Positions 13,801 through 27,320 of a DNA stretch of 64,000 nt are shown one piece after another. The stretch spans positions 72,478,001-72,542,000 of the forward strand of contig CM060732.1 in NCBI GenBank assembly GCA_030704615.1, in the 5' to 3' direction. The first letter of the stretch is position 1, and every line of letters begins with the position of its first letter. Below the pieces are notes generated by a model. It saw nothing but the letters and a program-made list of their open reading frames with translations, was not told the DNA's origin and searched no databases. A program made the translations under genes and the position numbers. The DNA is from Takakia lepidozioides (taxonomy: Eukaryota > Plantae > Bryophyta).

Positions 13801-14507
13801 GAGAGAATGTACTCATAAGACCTTGTTTGCCGCAGCCTTGTGGCCATTGACCCTTCCTGGAGAGAGGGCGAGAGAATGTACTCGTAAGATGTTTGAAATA
13901 GACTTGTGGTTGTAGACCCTGCACCCAGATTGGGTAACACCAGGGTTTAGAGAATGTACTCAGAAGTCGTTGTTTACCATAGCCTTGTGGCCATGGACCC
14001 ACACCATGGTTTAGAGAGAGACAGAGAGAGAATGTACTCAGTTGTTGTTTGCCATAGACCCCAATCCCAGTTTGAAAGTTACTACCTTTGTGAAGGGCTC
14101 ACTCTGGTCGTGTGATTGATAAAGACAATTAGGTCAGGTTTTCCAGACACAAGTATCAACTTGCTGTGTGTGAGCTGCCCAGCAAATAAATCCTAACAGG
14201 GCCAGGGCTTTAGGCTCAGCCTTAAGATTTTCGAAGTTGGTGAACAGAGGTGGGGGGACAATGTTTTTGATGGTCCTCAAGAGGGTCACGCTCTGGTGAG
14301 AATAACCCGGACAATATATCAGCAAATGGATATTGCCTTCAGGCTGCCCACGCATTTACAATCTCCTCTTCTTCTCTGCATCTGTTTATTCTTCAAAGGT
14401 AGGCTTCCCGCCCTTGAATTTCAGTCTAGTCCCTAGGGTAGGTAGGCCGCGAGACAGAGAGAAAGAAATGTACTCATAAGACGTTGTTTGCCGTAGCCTT
14501 GTGGCTC
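13801..14507 (+). repeat. Local dispersed ~50-bp repeat, about 5 copies
   Basis: Units resembling GAGAATGTACTCATAAGA-N-TTGTTTGCCG(C/T)AGCCTTGTGGC at about 13801, 13871 (partial), 13949, 14027 (partial) and 14461. Confidence 0.8.
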
Positions 14508-17500
14508 AGACAGAGAGAAAGAGAGAGTGTGAGAGAGATTTTCACATGTGACTATAATTCTACGCCACCATCAGTGCTGTTAGGAAATGTGACACACTTG
14601 AACACTTTACACTGAGGGCAGATGAGAACCCCGACCTGCCATATGCACAATTGCAACATCAATCCCTGATCTTTTTCACAGTTCAATGAGAGAGGGATAA
14701 GAGGAAGACAGGTACACCTTGACCATCCCCTTTGGCTATATTCTTAAAGGCCCTCATAGAGTCAGACAGTAAGTTTTTCACTTAGCAGAATGTGAGCTCA
14801 GCCTCATTCACTGAAAAAAACAACCTCCCTCTGAAACTTGAAGGTCATTTCTGCAGAAAGCTTGCCATCAACTAACCCTCTCAAGAGAACTTACATCCTT
14901 TCTATAAAATGCCAGAAGTTGGTGAGTATGGATTCATCAGATCTAGCAGAAAAACTCTTTGCCAACATTTGTGTTGCTAAATTGAGAAGAAGGATGTGAT
15001 TGTGTGTGTAACTCTCTCAATGGATGCATTTGCACAAATTGCTGTTGTCAGACACCAGTTGTATAGACACATGCTCTGCCAAATTTCCAGCGAGGAACAA
15101 CGAGGTAATGCTTCACCCGAAAAAATAAAAGGGGGCAAATATACTGTGGACCTACAAAATCTGTTCTAATGGTTTCCATCCCTGTTGTGCTCTATCCAAA
15201 GCAGAAAGGGCTTTGCCACAAGGCAATAAGGTTCTGAATTTGAACCTAGCAACAATCCTCCCATGGTGTACTGGGCCAAAACAGAGACCAAAGCCTTGCC
15301 TAATGTGTGTAGGGCTTTTTGACAAGCAGGTGGAACACAATACCATTATATGGAGCAATGGCTGAAACTCCCTGTCACTCTGGCTTCATCAGCATTGGAT
15401 TGGGATGAGTGACTGTTCCTTGAAACTTCTAGAAGGAGCTTAGAGAACTAGATAGCCAGACATTTAGAAAGGAGGACTTACAGCTCGACAAGAAGGACAG
15501 CGTCGATAAAATCGGTTATTTTTCACCTGAACATTTGTTTTCTCCCCATTGCAGAAATCACAGAGCAGCCAGCCCCTGCCTTGGCATGCTTCACAGAGAA
15601 TATTGGGTTCCGTAGCTACCTGAAACATATAAATTGACCACCCTTTAGGTCAGTGAAACCAGATTATGTGTTTGGTAGCCGAAGTTTTACACAATTTAAA
15701 AAAAGAGTGATATGTGTATAATTAATATATTGGAGGTGTTCTGTTTTGATATATCACCCACTCACCACATACGAGCTGTCCATAGCTGAGCATTCTGTAT
15801 TGCCCTCACTTACGGTCCCACAAGAACATTGTAGGCCAAGATTACTTCCAGACAAAGCCTCAGTTCCATTCTGCCTGCTGATTGGAGGGAGATATGAACA
15901 TTCCTATGACTTTTTTTAACTTGCAATTTGTGGAAGTTCCTGAGCTGTGCTGCTGCAGACAAATAGTTATTTCGAATCACCCCTAGATACAACAATATAT
16001 TTCCACTGCAGACAAAAGTAAGCATTGTCCTCCATCTTTCCTGCTAGACACACCCCACTTCATAGCCACCTGCAGAACTTAGGATTGGGAGGAAACCACT
16101 AGATAGAAGTCAAATGTAGGTCGTGTCATCAATATTCGATGTCCTGCAATGATAAAGAAGCTAGTTCCTCCATTCTGTCATTGTCAATCTACAGTTTCAG
16201 CAACGATCTAGAACCTCTCGTTGTAGGTTGCATACCAAAATTGAGTTCTCCCGGGAGTTGTCAGACTTACACCAGCAGCCCAAATTTTGGGGCCTCAACG
16301 GATGTTCAGATTCAAATCTAGGGGGTCCGATTAGTGTCAGTTCAGTTCAGCAAACCCGAATTCCACCTCTACAAAAATAACAGCACGTTGAAAACAATCA
16401 ACGGTTCTTCAGCAATCCCAAATTGAAATACATTCGCTCGGGAAATTCCAGAAAATATGAACGACTGGATGAGGTGCAATGCAAGTAGCAATGTAATTCA
16501 CGGAGCTGCATTCATTACAGCGTAAACAAAATAGAAGAACATCGGAGATTTGTTCCAAACATTACACCTCTTTCTTTCTTGCATCCCCTCCCCTGTCAGT
16601 GAGACTGTCGTTAGGGAGTCATTGCATTCATCAGCATTATTTCACTGCAGAAGACCAATGTATTCTATTATAATCCTAGCACTCGCCTGGGATGAATATT
16701 CCTCAACATTAGGATTCCAATAGTATATCTGAACCTAACATTCACAATAGAATCCCTAAGGTCAAAAGTAGATGGCCTTCCGAAATTTCAGAGGTTTTTC
16801 CCAGGGATACTGAAGCTCACCGGAGATGAAACAGACGCCTGAGCTTGAATCCAATTCACAGATAACTTCCCTCGAGATCTTCCCTCCCTCTCCCGGCGGA
16901 CAAATGATGACGCTGATTGGTCGAAAGGAGACACTGCGAGTAGAGATATCCAGGAAGACGACCCCAATAAGGGAAGAGATGGTGAGAAAAGATAGGGAGA
17001 AGCAGGCACAGACGAGGGCAAGAGCATGCGGCAGGACGCCATAGCTGCGCTTCAACGCGAGGAAGGAAAGACGGGGGGAGTGCAGCCCACATGACTCACC
17101 GATGAACGAACGTGTTCATTCATTATTCGTTCGTTCATCCAGACGACGCGTGCAAAACACACGACTCACTGACGAACGAGAGAATCAGTTGCAATGTCTC
17201 GTTAGGACAGCGATTCTACGTCCTAACGAACGTGTCCGCTTTAATTGTTCGTTCGTCCGTGCAATCTCGTGGCTGCGCACCGTCAACAGCTCTTCGAAGC
17301 TACATCTCCCTCTCTCTATGTGTTGCTGATTAAGCTGTTGCGGGTCTACTGATTGTATGAGCTCAGCATTACAAATCTCCCCTCTAGATAATCCTCTACA
17401 TCTCTCTCTCTATGAAACACTGGGCTGCAGCTGGGAAGGCACAGGAGGGATTGGTACACAGTGAGATAGAAACAGAAGCAAGAAGCCAGCGAAAATAGGC

Positions 17501-18906
17501 GATTCCCCAGGAAATCAGCCTGATGGCTCTCTATAGTGATCACTTCTGTGCTCTAGCATCAAGCTGGCATATCGAAGTACAGGAGCCCGCGATACAAAGT
17601 CCATATTATATAGTCCCTATATAGTCTCCACAAGAAGTCATGAGTTCTTTCCTAGTTATATATTTATTCAGGCCAGCTGAATTGACAGGGAGATTGGAGG
17701 TGTCAAGATAAGTGTCTGCTGGTATTTCGAGTTGGAATGTACAATAAAGCTTACTGCAGAGGTTACTAGATTGGGGATGATCCAGCTCCCGTCTATAAGG
17801 CCGCTTTCAACTGGATCTGGGAAACATACCGTGACTATCGTAGCAGTCCTGGAATCATTGAAATTCGCTTCACATACGATGACGTGTACGTCTAGATCAA
17901 ATCGCAATAAATGTGTGGTGTCAACCGGAGGATCTAGTGAAATTCCATTTCTCCGGGCCGCAGCTGCTACCGGTTTTCCGGAAGCAATTTCAACAGAACT
18001 AAATTTTTCGCCATGAGGAAACAGTGAAAGAAACAACGAGGACTCCTCCCCAAGGAAGCTTAAATTATATAGTCTCTTCAGATGTCCAAGGATTACTCAT
18101 TTCTGGACATTGGAAGGTGGACACTTTGAACCCTATATCACCTAGGTTATGCAAAGGCAAGGCACAAGCACCCAACCGCTGGGCTACCTGCTCTGGTGAG
18201 CTGCAGTGAATAGTTTCATGAAACTTCGTTGTCTACACACCACGAAGCTGAGATCGGTTCAGGAAGCAATTTCATCAGAGAAGTCTAGAAGAGTGCAAAT
18301 TCATTTAGGCCTTAGTTCCCTCTGCAGCTTCATCACAGATGCTTCAAGACAAATTCAAGACACGATGGACTCACAACAATCAATATATCAATCTCACTGT
18401 TTCTTATTAAGAAAGAATGTAATGCACATTAAAAGGACATAACAGTCCACCATAAGTTGTCCTCTATGCTCCCAACCAGGGAGAGATTTGGAAATTTTCA
18501 TCTGTGAGTGCCTATAGAGTGCCTATATAAATGTTTAATAGACTATCTCCCTCACTGATGCTCAGCAAAGTGGCCTATGATCTTCCAACTAATACTTTTC
18601 AAGCTCTTAGATGTGATGTACTCACGTGACCTACATGGTCTTTTCACATGTGACAGTAAAAATACTTCGAAACTGAGATTCCTCAATGTACACTAACTAA
18701 TCTGGAGCTATCTAACTCAATATGCCAAGCACTTAGTCTGTTTGTCAAGCTACCTCTCTCAGATGACCATAAGGTGCTAAGTTAAGCTCCCAATACCCAC
18801 GATGGAGCAGCATCTAAGAATTAAGTGACACAATTTTCATCTACTTCTTATAAATGGCCTGATCCCCAGACAGCTGACTTCGGCTAACTAAGCTGATGAC
18901 ACTAAG

Positions 18907-18935
18907 GTGTGTGTGTGTGTGTGTGTGTATGTGTG
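18907..18935. repeat. (GT)n microsatellite downstream of the second NAC gene
   Basis: Direct reading of the sequence. Confidence 0.95.
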
Positions 18936-19150
18936 TCTCTGTACACAAGCTAGCAGACCCCATGATATTAGCAAGAGCAAATCAGCTCCTTGCGATGAGC
19001 TTCTGAATGGGTCAACACATTCAACTATGCCAACTATGTGACAAATTAATTCTAGACTGTTGAGTAGCAAAGCAAAGTGATGTAACCTTGCTGATCAGTC
19101 ACCTCTGCAGATCATGCAAGGAACCCAATAGCGTAGAATATAGCTGCCCA

Positions 19151-22100
19151 TTAAGAAGCGTTGAAACTGAAATTAGGTGCGCGTGGATTCAAATATTGCT
19201 GAGGGGAAGTTGGCATACCCCCAATATACCCCAGATTGCCATTCATCGCTGAGGACGTGGACGGACGAAAACTAAGTTCCGTCGGCTTGTGGAACGGATT
19301 CGGCAAACGCCCGTCGAATTTAAGGCCCGGGAACGCTATGGACTCGAGTCCTTCGTTGTTATGAGCGCCGGGGAAGTTCATGGGAGACGAACGAAATGTG
19401 CTCTGCACTTCCTCTTCCGAAATAGAACGATCCGTCCGAGGCCTCGTGTTATCCGTGAGGTGCACTACATTGTCCGCTAGACGCATGGAATGATCCGTTG
19501 GACGGAGGCCGGAGTTCAGTTGTCTGTTGGACAAAGCGGCCGCGGTGGCCGATAAGTCGCCGTTCATCCGGTGGAGCTGCCGAACGATCTGGTCGGCGCT
19601 GCCGTCCAGCGGTCGGTGGTTCCTCCAGGCCAAGTTGGGCTCAGCGACCGTTGGATCGCGCCCTTGCAGCGTGCGTTGCAGACTGTCCATCAGTTTGCAG
19701 GAGTTGAGCACCATGGTTTTCTTCATGTCGGGAGAAGATTCCACTTCAACGGATCGGCTGCCGTTCTCGGAGGTATCCCCCGTCAGTAAGCTGTCCATGA
19801 ATTGCTCCTCAGTTTCCATCATGCCGCTGAAGGAGCCCAGGCGCGGTAGCACTAACTTGGGGTCATCGATCTCGGGTAGTGATGCCAGCACCTGCCCACA
19901 ATCACATTTACATGGTGTCGTTCAGAGAATTTAACGATCAGAATAAAAGCAGGCACTTCAATCCGGTATGGGTTTGGCAACTGTCTCTCTTTGCCAAGCA
20001 AGGTCGACAAAATGAGCTCATCGACCGGATTGCTAGTACTCCTAATACAGCGCCTCATGTGATGTCCAATTACTCTGTTTTAAGCATTAATCTAGGAATT
20101 TTGGACGGATGTCTTTTACTATTTGTGCACGCGTCTAACACAACAATGAACGTAGTAGAGGTTAGAATACTATCTACAGGATCTACAGGGATTATGTCAT
20201 AAGTCCCAGGGTAGTTCACTACCTAGCACTGGATTTATAATTAAGTTCCAGGACCTTTCCGGAATCGGTGGTCAACAGGAATCTCTCAATTGGTAGATTC
20301 ATGCACCTCCTGGCAGAGATACCAAAGACCGTCATCGCAGAATGCCTGTTAAACTATGGTTTAGACAAGTTACTGTAGACTGGAGGAAAAATGATAACCT
20401 CGGGAGTTTGAACTTCACAACAGAAAAGGGTGATGATTGGCTCCCGCAGAGAACTAGGAAATGGACAATAAAATACCTCTTCCACGCAAGAAGAGTTCTC
20501 ACGCTCCCTTCCAGCCCGTTGAGCATTAGTACTTTTCTTGTATATGCGACAAAGCACCCAGTCATCAAGCTGCACCAGTCCAAAATCACAAACAAATTTT
20601 AGTAATTTGAAACAAACCATGGCTGAATGCAGATAACTCTAGATTCTCATCTCCATGAGCATATAGCGAAATATAGTAACCCATTTCACCAGCACGGATA
20701 GTGAAAAAGCGTTTATCTACAACCAATCCTCAAACCATAATGGCGAGATGGCCCCAATGGAGCTATGATGAAGCGTCAGATACAAAACTCGTGAGCATTG
20801 GCGAGCGAGTGACAATCTAGCTCATTACCAAAAAGACTGTTTAAGAGTGCACTCGGAGGCGAAACTCTCACTCTCACACACATATTTTTCCCGATATTAA
20901 AACGACGTGCAGGAAGATTACAACAGGCTCACCAATTTGAGCGCCGCTTTCCATTACACTATGACATCTTCATTTCGTGCACAAGACTCCTTCCAGGATC
21001 TTTTCAGATGCTCAGAGTTAGTCCAAGGTAAGGTTACAGAGGAACATGTTCAAAAAAATAAAATCAACAAGTTATCGACCACTACATGCATGCATATTAT
21101 ATGTAAAAGGAGTAAGCGTGTGTTGTTGTCAGAAAGTCCTAGAAGAACTAAGATTGGTGAAGTCTAAGGGTCATAATCTAGAATGTAGTAAGCCTCTTCG
21201 AAAAGTGTATGTAGATGCTGTACATCTACATACAGGGGGGAAGTGGGGATTTGCTAACTGGTGTACATCACTGTTATAATCGTTGTGTGTAGCCCAACCT
21301 AGTCGCTTACAGCGAGAACTCAAGTCAAGGTATGAATAACCACGCCTTCCAGTAGCTGACCTAGAAAGATTATTTTACTTGGTGTGGCCTCCAGATTCAA
21401 TATGGCAGGCCATAGAGTTGAAGCGTATTCTGATTCTTGTCATTAATTTGCAAATTCAGAGATGAGTGCGCTAGTAACCTTACTCCATAAGTCAGTACTA
21501 AATTTGGTCGAGCGTCCTCGGAGAGAGAGGGAGAGAACTAGAGACGTACTCTTAAGGAGCCTTTTCTGTGGGCATGTACTGTGGCGCAAACTCCTTCTGC
21601 CAGGCGGTACTCGTGCATAATCCAGTTTGTCTTCACTCCCTTGGGGGCCCGTCCCTTGTAGAATACCAAAGCTTTTTTCACTCCAATCTTGCGAACCCCA
21701 CCGATGGACGTGTGAATGGGTTTGTCTGTTCCTGTAGCTTTCCAGTAACCAGAGGCTGCAGCCCTATTTGGGCGAGCACCGTTTGGATATTTTCTATCTC
21801 TTGGACTGAAGAAATACCACTCCCTCTCACCAAAGATTGCTTTTCCTGAAACCACGATCACCCTCCCCTGCACTTTAGGACACGAGTCACCTTAAATATT
21901 ATACTAGTTTACTGGTCCGATATTTTGATCTCCCCTGGGGTTTCTTAAAATTTTACTCGTAAAAATTCTCTCCGATTTCCAGCAGCCGTTTGGGACTGGC
22001 ATGATGTTCAGGCTTGCATGCATAAATTTTTAACAGATCAGTGATCATACGTCGATAGCTGGTCTCTTAATCTCCAGCCGTGGGGTGCTGACACTTCTCT

Positions 22101-22572
22101 CGATCTTTTTCGGATACTCCCTCTGCAGATCCATTCTAAATTTGACAAATTCCTTCCAATTTGCAGTTCTAAGAACCTTGCCAACATCTGTGAATTCTGT
22201 GGAAATATGTACACACATCTCATGATATATTCTCCAATGTATAATATCTCTAGATTTCGATACAGATTCATGAGACTGTTGTACTTGCGGCCAGTGCGAT
22301 ATCACAAAGGCCCCGTCTAGAGAGACACGCAGATTCAAAATTCGATAGCCAAGCGGGTGAAGCGTAAACTTAAATGGAAACGTACCGGGAAGATCCCAGG
22401 GGTCAAATTTGTAGAGGTCGATTTCAGCGATAACAGGAATGGTAAACACTTGCGATTCCGCCTTGCGACACAGATAGTGTAGCACCAGCTCCTCATCTGT
22501 GGGGTGGAACCGAAATCCTGGAGGTAGGTGCAACTGTGCCACTGGTCCCCCTGCTGCGGCCATTATCACCAT
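19151..22572 (-). CDS. NAC transcription factor, stress-responsive ATAF/ANAC019-RD26-like
   Basis: Coding exons 22572-22386, 21845-21550 ([37 protein letters not shown]...GVKKALVFY), 20569-20477 ([12 protein letters not shown]...CVEE) and 19891-19151 ([10 protein letters not shown]...EEEVQS...stop). All junctions GT-AG and in frame. The VL.SLPEIDD and EEEVQS motifs match the stress-NAC group. Confidence 0.95.
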
Positions 22573-24159
22573 GTCTATATCTATCTATCTATGAGGTCCT
22601 AGTCTTGAACAGAGTGGCAATCGTCTCTCTGCGTATATCTCCCAATCACTTCAAGAGCAAGCACAGTTGAGAGATCCCAGAGTCAGCAGCCATTAGGGAC
22701 AATTTTCCGAGTTCTTCCTCTCATGTGCTCCAAGTTTGCACGATACTGGAGTTGAAGTGCCAGACTTCTGAATGAATGATATAAGAAAATTAACCAAACT
22801 ATGAATTCCACTACGATTTTTACTGTAAACTAGGCAGAGCCTTGAATGGCTCTTTTATTTGTGGGAATCTAGACAAAGATTATAACTAAATTGGATGGTT
22901 TTGACAACACCTGGTTTGGTTTCTAGAAGGTGAAGGGTTTGATGAGTACAAAAGTATGGAAGGACAGGAAGATAAAGAAAGTGATTCGGAAGTAGTGACC
23001 GTCGATTGCGTGAGCTTATGCATTTGATACCTGATTGTAAAGCTTCCGAAACTAGGTCCAAATTTCCAGGATGTCCAAAGAATTTTATGTACACCAACGT
23101 GCCTATAAAATCATCATCACCAGGATCAGCTTTGCAATCTTTTCTGAGACCGTACTGAAAGTACCCGGGGTTTCCTTCTCCCTGAAATCTATCTCAAGTC
23201 ATCGAGATACTCGAATCAACGCTGGCCTCTCCCCACTGCACACAAAGACTTCACGAAGGATTTAAGTCTCCAAATTTCAGTCCCTCCCTCCAACTCCACA
23301 GTCCTCCTCACACACCCATGCCAAATCTAAACTAAAAGTATGTCTTCGATTGTAGCAAATAAAGATGCCACTCCTGCATCTTCCTATCTTCGCTCTGCAC
23401 ACTGGTTTCAACACGAAATTTAAGAAAATTTGAGCATATAGAACATAAAGGGCTGTAGCAACGGGCCACAGTAGGTGTGTAGTAAGTTGAAGTTCTGGTG
23501 CAAGGTAGGACCGTGCACTACTCATTCCCGATCTACCTCTAATTGAGCACTGATCTCTTCCCTCCCTCCCTCCCTCTCCCCCTTCTCTCTCAGCAACCGA
23601 TATTAAAAGTTGTGAGAGGAAGACTTCTACAAAGATAAAGAACAGAGCGGGGACGGACAGTACAGCAGTTCCCGGCAAGCACCATTAAGATGGGCGGCTA
23701 TGGCGGAAAGGAGCGAGCATGCAGCAGATAGAAAGACGAGCAAAACAAAGGCAGCCCGGGACCACTTCGTCGCCGCGTCATCCTCGAAGCAGCCACAGCT
23801 CCTTCCTAGCCCTTCCACGTCACCACCTACCCTAGCCTTGCTACCGGCAGTCACCAGTCGCATAAGACCGCCCCACCTCTGGATGAGAAAACATATTCAT
23901 CCTCGGAACCGCCAGAATGGTCCCGGGCTCAAACCCACACAGGAACATGCGGGTTGCCACGAATTACCTATCTCCTTCTACTTGGCACAAATTTGGTGTC
24001 TCAGAAAATTCTGAGGAAATTGTGATTAGCTTGTATCAGCTCAGCCCAAGTTCTAGAGGGGGTTTTTCGGATTTCTCTTTTTGTTTTGGTTTTTGTTTTT
24101 GTTTTTGGGGGACTTGGGAAAAGGCTGGGGAAGGGTCAAAAGCAGAAATTAATTGCACA

Positions 24160-24345
24160 TTGGCTGCACAGTGTGTCGCCCTGGTGGTTCGGGGTTCAAA
24201 CCCGCAGCCCTGCCCCGTGTGTGGGATTGTTCGTGACGGCATGTCTGGGCGTTTATCGTTCTGTAGGTCTCATGGCCCATAAATGAAAGGGGGTTAATTT
24301 TTCCCCCTCCTCAAGGGCCTGAACTGTGGGCTGGTTTCCTTTCTT
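24160..24345 (+). mobile_element. tRNA-derived SINE-like element
   Basis: B-box-like GGTTCAAACC (24193-24202). The head resembles the 62791 copy. The 3' ~85 bp recur in reverse orientation at 29062-29150. Confidence 0.55.
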
Positions 24346-25559
24346 TAATTTTTTAATTGAAGATTAGTCGGGGGTTTGAATTGTTTGCAACAGAGATTCA
24401 TCGGACCCACCCCCCAACAACTCTTCTTTACCGACTTTGCTTTCGTCAATTCAGTCAACACTCCGTGTTCCACACCTTTCTAACCAAACCCTCCCGAGGG
24501 ACCCCTCTTTCTTCAGGGACTGCAGCATCTGGGCCATCCATGGGGCCCAGCCCACGTGGCAAGATCCCTGCTCTGCACCCGTGGCAGCCTGCCCTGGTTG
24601 CCACCTTCTCTGGATGCACAGAATGAAGGGGCTTCATCCAGTGGTAACCGGGAGAGCCAGTCGCGGCGCAGTCTCCCCAGCCCGAAATCCAGCCGTCCGA
24701 TGGCGGATCGAGAATATATTGACCGGTCGCGGATCCGCAAAGCAGTCATTCTGTCCTTTTAGGGTTTCCGGATAGTAAGATTGCGGCGGTCGTCAGCTGA
24801 CGACCGACCGCCGGTGTTGGGACGCCGACCACCAGAAAGTACGAAGGGCGCCGCCATTTCCGAGCCCGCTCCTCTCCGGTCTCGCCACGTTTCGCCAATA
24901 TTGTAAAATTTTGTGGGCATGCCGCGCTCGTGCCACGTGAATTTTCCGGTAATAATAATAATAATAATAATAATATCGGCAATTCAGTGCCGAATAGGCA
25001 CGGTCGGTCTGTCTTTCTGGTGCATCAAAGCATCGTGGCCCACATATCACCCTCAATACTTTCTAGGCCGCGGTGGTTTAATTTGCGGAGCAAAAGTTGT
25101 CCGGAGATGTGCGATGGCGACCGCAAAAATCCGGCAGTTTGCGCATGGGGTAGCAAATGCCCCACCCCCACAATTATTATTTGTCATGCTCTTCTGCCCC
25201 TCTTCGGCCCGCACGCAACCTTCATCCATCTCGTCCAGAGAATAGACACCGAACTAAGAGTCACTTCACCTCGCAGGTATTTCCCATGGGGATGGCCCTA
25301 GTACATATAAGAATGAATAAGAATGACTCCAAGAGAAAACCCTCTTTTAATAGATTTTTTGGGCCTCAATCGTCCCTTTTGCAACAAAAAAAAACCAATA
25401 AAATAATAATAAAATAATAAAATAAAATTCTGAAAAGGCAAATGGCGATATAAAAGCGTGCAAGTTTCGCCACGGAGGCAGGGTTGGCGATACCGCACAT
25501 ATCCAAAAAGGCCCTCTCGGGCGATCGAGTGGTCCGGCGGGGAGTTGCGGGGAGTAAAC

Positions 25560-25830
25560 TCCGGCAGGTCACGTAAGCCGGCGGCCATCGTGGCAGCATC
25601 TTGCTACGGTACATCGACGGCTTCCAGGCAGCGGGGCGAGATAGGGGCGCATGCCACGCGTGCCACGCCCCAGGCGCCGAGAGGCCGTCGGCGTGGCCAG
25701 CAAATACGGCTACAGGTGTCGGCCTCACCTTCCTAGCACATGCCACGTGGTGCACCCCTTGTGATGGGGTCAGGTGGCGGCGCTGCGAGCGATGTTCTCC
25801 GCACGTGGGTTCTCTGTCTCACGTGCCATG
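25560..25830. promoter_or_regulatory. G-box/ABRE/CE3 cluster upstream of the stress-type NAC gene
   Basis: CACGTA, CCACGCGTGCCACG, GCCACGTGG, GCACGTGG and CACGTGCC within about 270 bp. Further CACGTG at about 24553 and 24933. Confidence 0.55.
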
Positions 25831-27320
25831 CACGGCTGGATGATGTTATCCCTTCCTGGATGGATGTGTGGGCCTCGTGGATGATGACGACTGGGGACCA
25901 CTATCGTCCAAACTTCACTGGCCTCCAAAAGTTGATCTCCTGTATTCTTTTGTTTTTTCCCCTGAAATGTAAGGCCCTGTACGGTAAATCACATATATAT
26001 TTTTCCCCACCCTTTCTAATTTATTCCCCTGTTTTTCAAAAAAATAAAAAATGAGGTCTCGGGTAAACTCATTCGAATCCTTTCGCTAACTCCTATCCCG
26101 ATGCTCTCTAAATCCTCGTCTTTCTAAGTCTGGGTGGTGACGTAAATCTTCTCACTAGGTTTAGGGCGAGAGGGAGGGGGGGGGAGGGGGAGAAACTAAT
26201 GTTCAAATGAAGATGAATCTCCAGGATCGAAGGAACAATAAGGTCAGCAGAAATCTTTGCGGTTCCTTAAAAAAGCCTGAATATATACAATCATGCTTGT
26301 CGGAAACTCTTTGCGCAAATGGGATGTCAATTCTGGAGAGAATGGTGTCACTTCGGCACGTCTGAGCAACATCTCCTGGATGTAAGTTATCCAGCAACTA
26401 GAGTCTCATAGATATTTGGATCTATACTAAACTGGCAATATATGAGCTTGAATGATCAGTTGACGTGTACTAGTTCAGTTACCACAAACTGCCTGGGAAC
26501 TAACGTTAAGGTACCGAGTGTGACGTCCTCTTAGAGGTATCAATATATGAGATCTCAATGCACCGGCCGCCTCTCACTCCCCCCTCTCAGTCTCTCAATC
26601 TGATCTCTCTCTCCCTCACTCTCTTCGCCTCCATCTCTGTGGCTATCTCTATCATTTTTTTGAAAGATTGCATGGGATAAACTTGGTGCAATTAATGTAA
26701 TTTATAAGGATCCATTTTCCTCTGAGGTGTTGAATATTTGAACCAGACTCGACTCGCCTCGAACTGGAGCTCACAATATCTGCGTAGATGCATCTCTCCT
26801 GTACAAAACATTGTCTTTGGCCAGCCAGTTGTTATCCACTCTCCCATCTACCTATCTACATATATTGTCCCTACATTCCTCCTAGTACCCAATTGCTAGA
26901 GGTAAGTTTGAGGAGCGCGAGAGTATTACAAAACTACAAGCCTTCATGGCCCATTCCCGGAAGGGAAAGGTTGAATTGAAGGTGTCGTGTACTGAATATT
27001 CCATCTTCATCGTCATATTTAAGTTTGGCTTATGTGTAGGGTCTTTGCATATTATGTTCTCCCTCTACTCTCTACTGTCCCTATGGCTCTCACTGATTAC
27101 TGCTCTCTCTCTCTCTCCCCTCCATATGTTGTATTGGCTCCTAGTGTGCCACGGTCCTTTATGTACTATCCCAAAGAACATCTTCTTCAAGTAGCACCTA
27201 CAATATGAGATAATAATAAACCTCAAAAACTTGGCATGGAAAAGTTTTGTTGTTGTTTCGGGGGAATTGATGCGAAGATCTGCTTTTTTACTCGCCAAAA
27301 CACTGTATATGGGTTGGTAT

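Noticed and set aside
13801-14507. Repeat-spacer pattern resembling a CRISPR array
   Set aside because: Eukaryotic context, degenerate repeats of uneven length, irregular spacing, and no cas genes.
21801-21821. 11-nt perfect match to the 5' half of miR319 (TTGGACTGAAG) opposite NAC exon 2
   Set aside because: The remaining positions give 3 mismatches and 3 G:U pairs, beyond usual plant target cut-offs. The match follows from FFSP codons.
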